Of a stretch of DNA of 64,000 bases, positions 62,227 to 64,000 are shown piece after piece. A model generated the notes under the pieces. The model made no database searches. It saw only the letters and a list, made by a program, of their open reading frames with translations, and had not been told where the DNA came from. How positions within the stretch are numbered: position 1 is the first letter of the stretch; each line of letters starts with the position of its first letter. The position numbers were made by a program, and so were the translations under genes. This DNA is from Octopus bimaculoides (taxonomy: Eukaryota): positions 7,116,993 through 7,180,992 of the forward strand of contig NC_068989.1 of assembly GCF_001194135.2 (NCBI RefSeq). Direction: 5' to 3'.

Positions 62227-62418
62227 TATCGCGGGTGTTACGATCCAACCCCTACCCTGCGATAGTTAAAAATCCGCGAAGTAGAAACAGTACTGTACTT
62301 TTTTTGTTTGTTATTTTTATATTTTGTATATATTCAAGTACAAAACAACACCACGGAAGAATCGACGTAAGTTTAATAAACCGCGATAGGTGAACCGCGA
62401 TAAGGTGAAGGATTACTG
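62227..62418 (+). mobile_element. Tigger/pogo-like MITE remnant
   Basis: TATCGCGGGTGTTACG...GCGATAGTTAAAAATCCGCGAAGTAGAAAC and right end AACCGCGATAGGTGAACCGCGATAAGGTGAAGGATTACTG (reverse complement CAGTAATCC..., a Tigger-type TIR). Confidence 0.65.
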
Positions 62419-62433
62419 TGTGTGTGTAGTGAA

Positions 62434-62740
62434 GGAGCATGGCTCAGTGGCTAGTGTCGCGTTCAGTCATAAGGTAGTGAGTTCGATTCTCCGACCGGGC
62501 TGCGTGTTATGTTCTTGAGCAAGACACTTTATTTTCACGTTGCTCTAGTTCACTCAGCTGTAGAAATGAGTTGTGACGTCACTGGTGCCAAGCTGTATCG
62601 GCCCCTTTGCTTTTCCCTTGGATGACATCAGTGGTGTGGAGAGGGGAGGCTGATATGCATGGGTGACTGCTGGTCTTTCACAAACATTTTTGCCTGAACT
62701 TGTCTCGGAGGGGAACTTTCTAGGGGCAACCCCATGGTTA
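62434..62740 (+). mobile_element. SINE family D variant
   Basis: GGAGCATGGCTCAGTGG head, B-box GAGTTCGATTCTC, core TTCTTGAGCAAGACACTTTATTTTCACGTTGCTCTAGTTCACTCAGCTG. Confidence 0.75.
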
Positions 62741-62781
62741 ACGACCGAAGGGGGTCTTTTTTTACTTATATACGCGCGCAC

Positions 62782-62833
<52 letters not shown>

Positions 62834-63660
62834 GAATATGCACATACATACATGCATGTTACATGTATACATGAGTATGAGGTATGTGTGTCCGTGTGTG
62901 TGTATGTGTGTGTGAGCGTATGTTACTGACCAGTGTGTTGTGTGAACGTGTGTTACTGACCTGTAATGTCTTTTGGAGACAGCAAAAACTCTGAAGAGTC
63001 TGAACTATTGACAAATCAGTCAATAAATACATGAGCGTATCTCCATATTGTATATGTATGCATACGTTTCTGTACGTGTGTGTGTGTGTGTGTGTGTGTG
63101 TGGATAGGCGTGCAGGCTTGTGTGTGCACGGTTGTGTCTGTGTACGTACAATATATGCGGATGTGTGGTCTTGTGTGTATAGTGTCTATAGGTAATGTGC
63201 AACAGGGACATAGATAGATAGAGAGAGAGAGATGGGATTAACGAGGGAGAAGCAAATGAATACATTAAGAATTTGAAGCCAAGTCTTTTAATAACCGTTT
63301 GATTTGGTCGCTGATCGAGCGGAACTGCCAAATGAGGCGAGGCGATTGGCCAAAATATGTTTTCATTGGCTGGATGACAACCATATCTTTCTCATCTTCC
63401 TTTTCCTCCGTAACTTCGTCTTCACCCTTCTCCTTACCCTCCTTCTTCACTCTCCATCGCTTCTTTTCCATATCATTCTTACATATCTTCTTACAATATC
63501 GTTTACTCTACCTCGTTATTCTGTCTGCAATGCTGTGCAATGCTTTTAATTTAATTTAACAGCGAGGTTGCCTCACTGAGGTCACTTCTGTTAGAAATAA
63601 CAGTGAAAACTCTCAAATATCCCATACACAACTTTAAAAATTACACAGAGGAAGACATGC

Positions 63661-64000
63661 TAAACAAGAGCACTCAGAGAGCGCAAACTTCCGCCAAGGC
63701 AACACCAATGTCCTCTCAAACATTAGCCAGAGATGCTTTTTAAAATGAGAATATCTGAAATAAACTCGACTGCTCTCACAAACGAGAATAATAAAATGAA
63801 CCCGAGCGCTCTCAGAAATTAAGTAAATAAAAGACCGAAAAAATAATCCAGAATCCTTGTCCGGTACCAGGTCGATCCAAAAATCTGATCAGTTCGTCCC
63901 TGTCACAAGGCCAAATATCCCTAAAAGTTTCATCTGAATCCATCCAGCGGCTGAGATATCTTGTCCACGGACACACTAACAAACACAACTGAAACAATAC
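63661..64000 (+). mobile_element. HINE/DINE-1/Pearl-like (Helentron-associated) non-autonomous element, truncated by the window end
   Basis: Starts (T)AAACAAGAG with subterminal C(T)TCCGCCAAGG; the 3' region ...AAAAGTTTCATCTGAATCCATCC..CGGCTGAGATATCTTG...ACACACTAACAAACAC matches the typical HINE 3' layout. The partner subTIR lies outside the window. Confidence 0.6.

Noticed and set aside
62990-63025. CUGAAGA-GUC...GAC-AAAU motif
   Set aside because: G12 is missing and there is no stem I.
1-64000. CRISPR arrays, rRNA genes or prokaryotic systems
   Set aside because: No regularly spaced repeat-spacer arrays, rRNA sequence or operon-like coding density; the window is metazoan repeat-rich DNA.

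Overview
This is eukaryotic, AT-rich, repeat-saturated DNA from a gap-riddled short-read scaffold; most N-runs are flanked by (TA)n. The dominant SINE families look like those I recognise from Octopus genomes (inference, not a database result). I cannot identify a host gene with confidence: the long ORFs in the track are artefacts of N-gaps or microsatellites, and only two weak candidate exon regions remain (21.7 kb, 39.7-40.0 kb). The window holds about six tRNA-headed SINE families, LINE remnants of RTE, R4/Dong-like and Tx1/L1-like type, two Penelope-like (PLE) GIY-YIG remnants, Tc1/mariner and Tigger-like relics, a HINE/DINE-1-like element and several long inverted repeats. The most striking signal is four unrelated minimal type-I hammerhead-ribozyme-like motifs of the PLE architecture (38155, 46040, 47426, 48033). 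One of them sits inside a tRNA-headed SINE whose copies show PLE-style inverted ends and a target-site duplication, suggesting a Pol III-driven, ribozyme-bearing, PLE-mobilised SINE. A second notable signal is a SINE subfamily whose 3' tail matches the 3' end of the local Tx1-like LINE. All alignments and folds were done by eye, so most boundaries are approximate.
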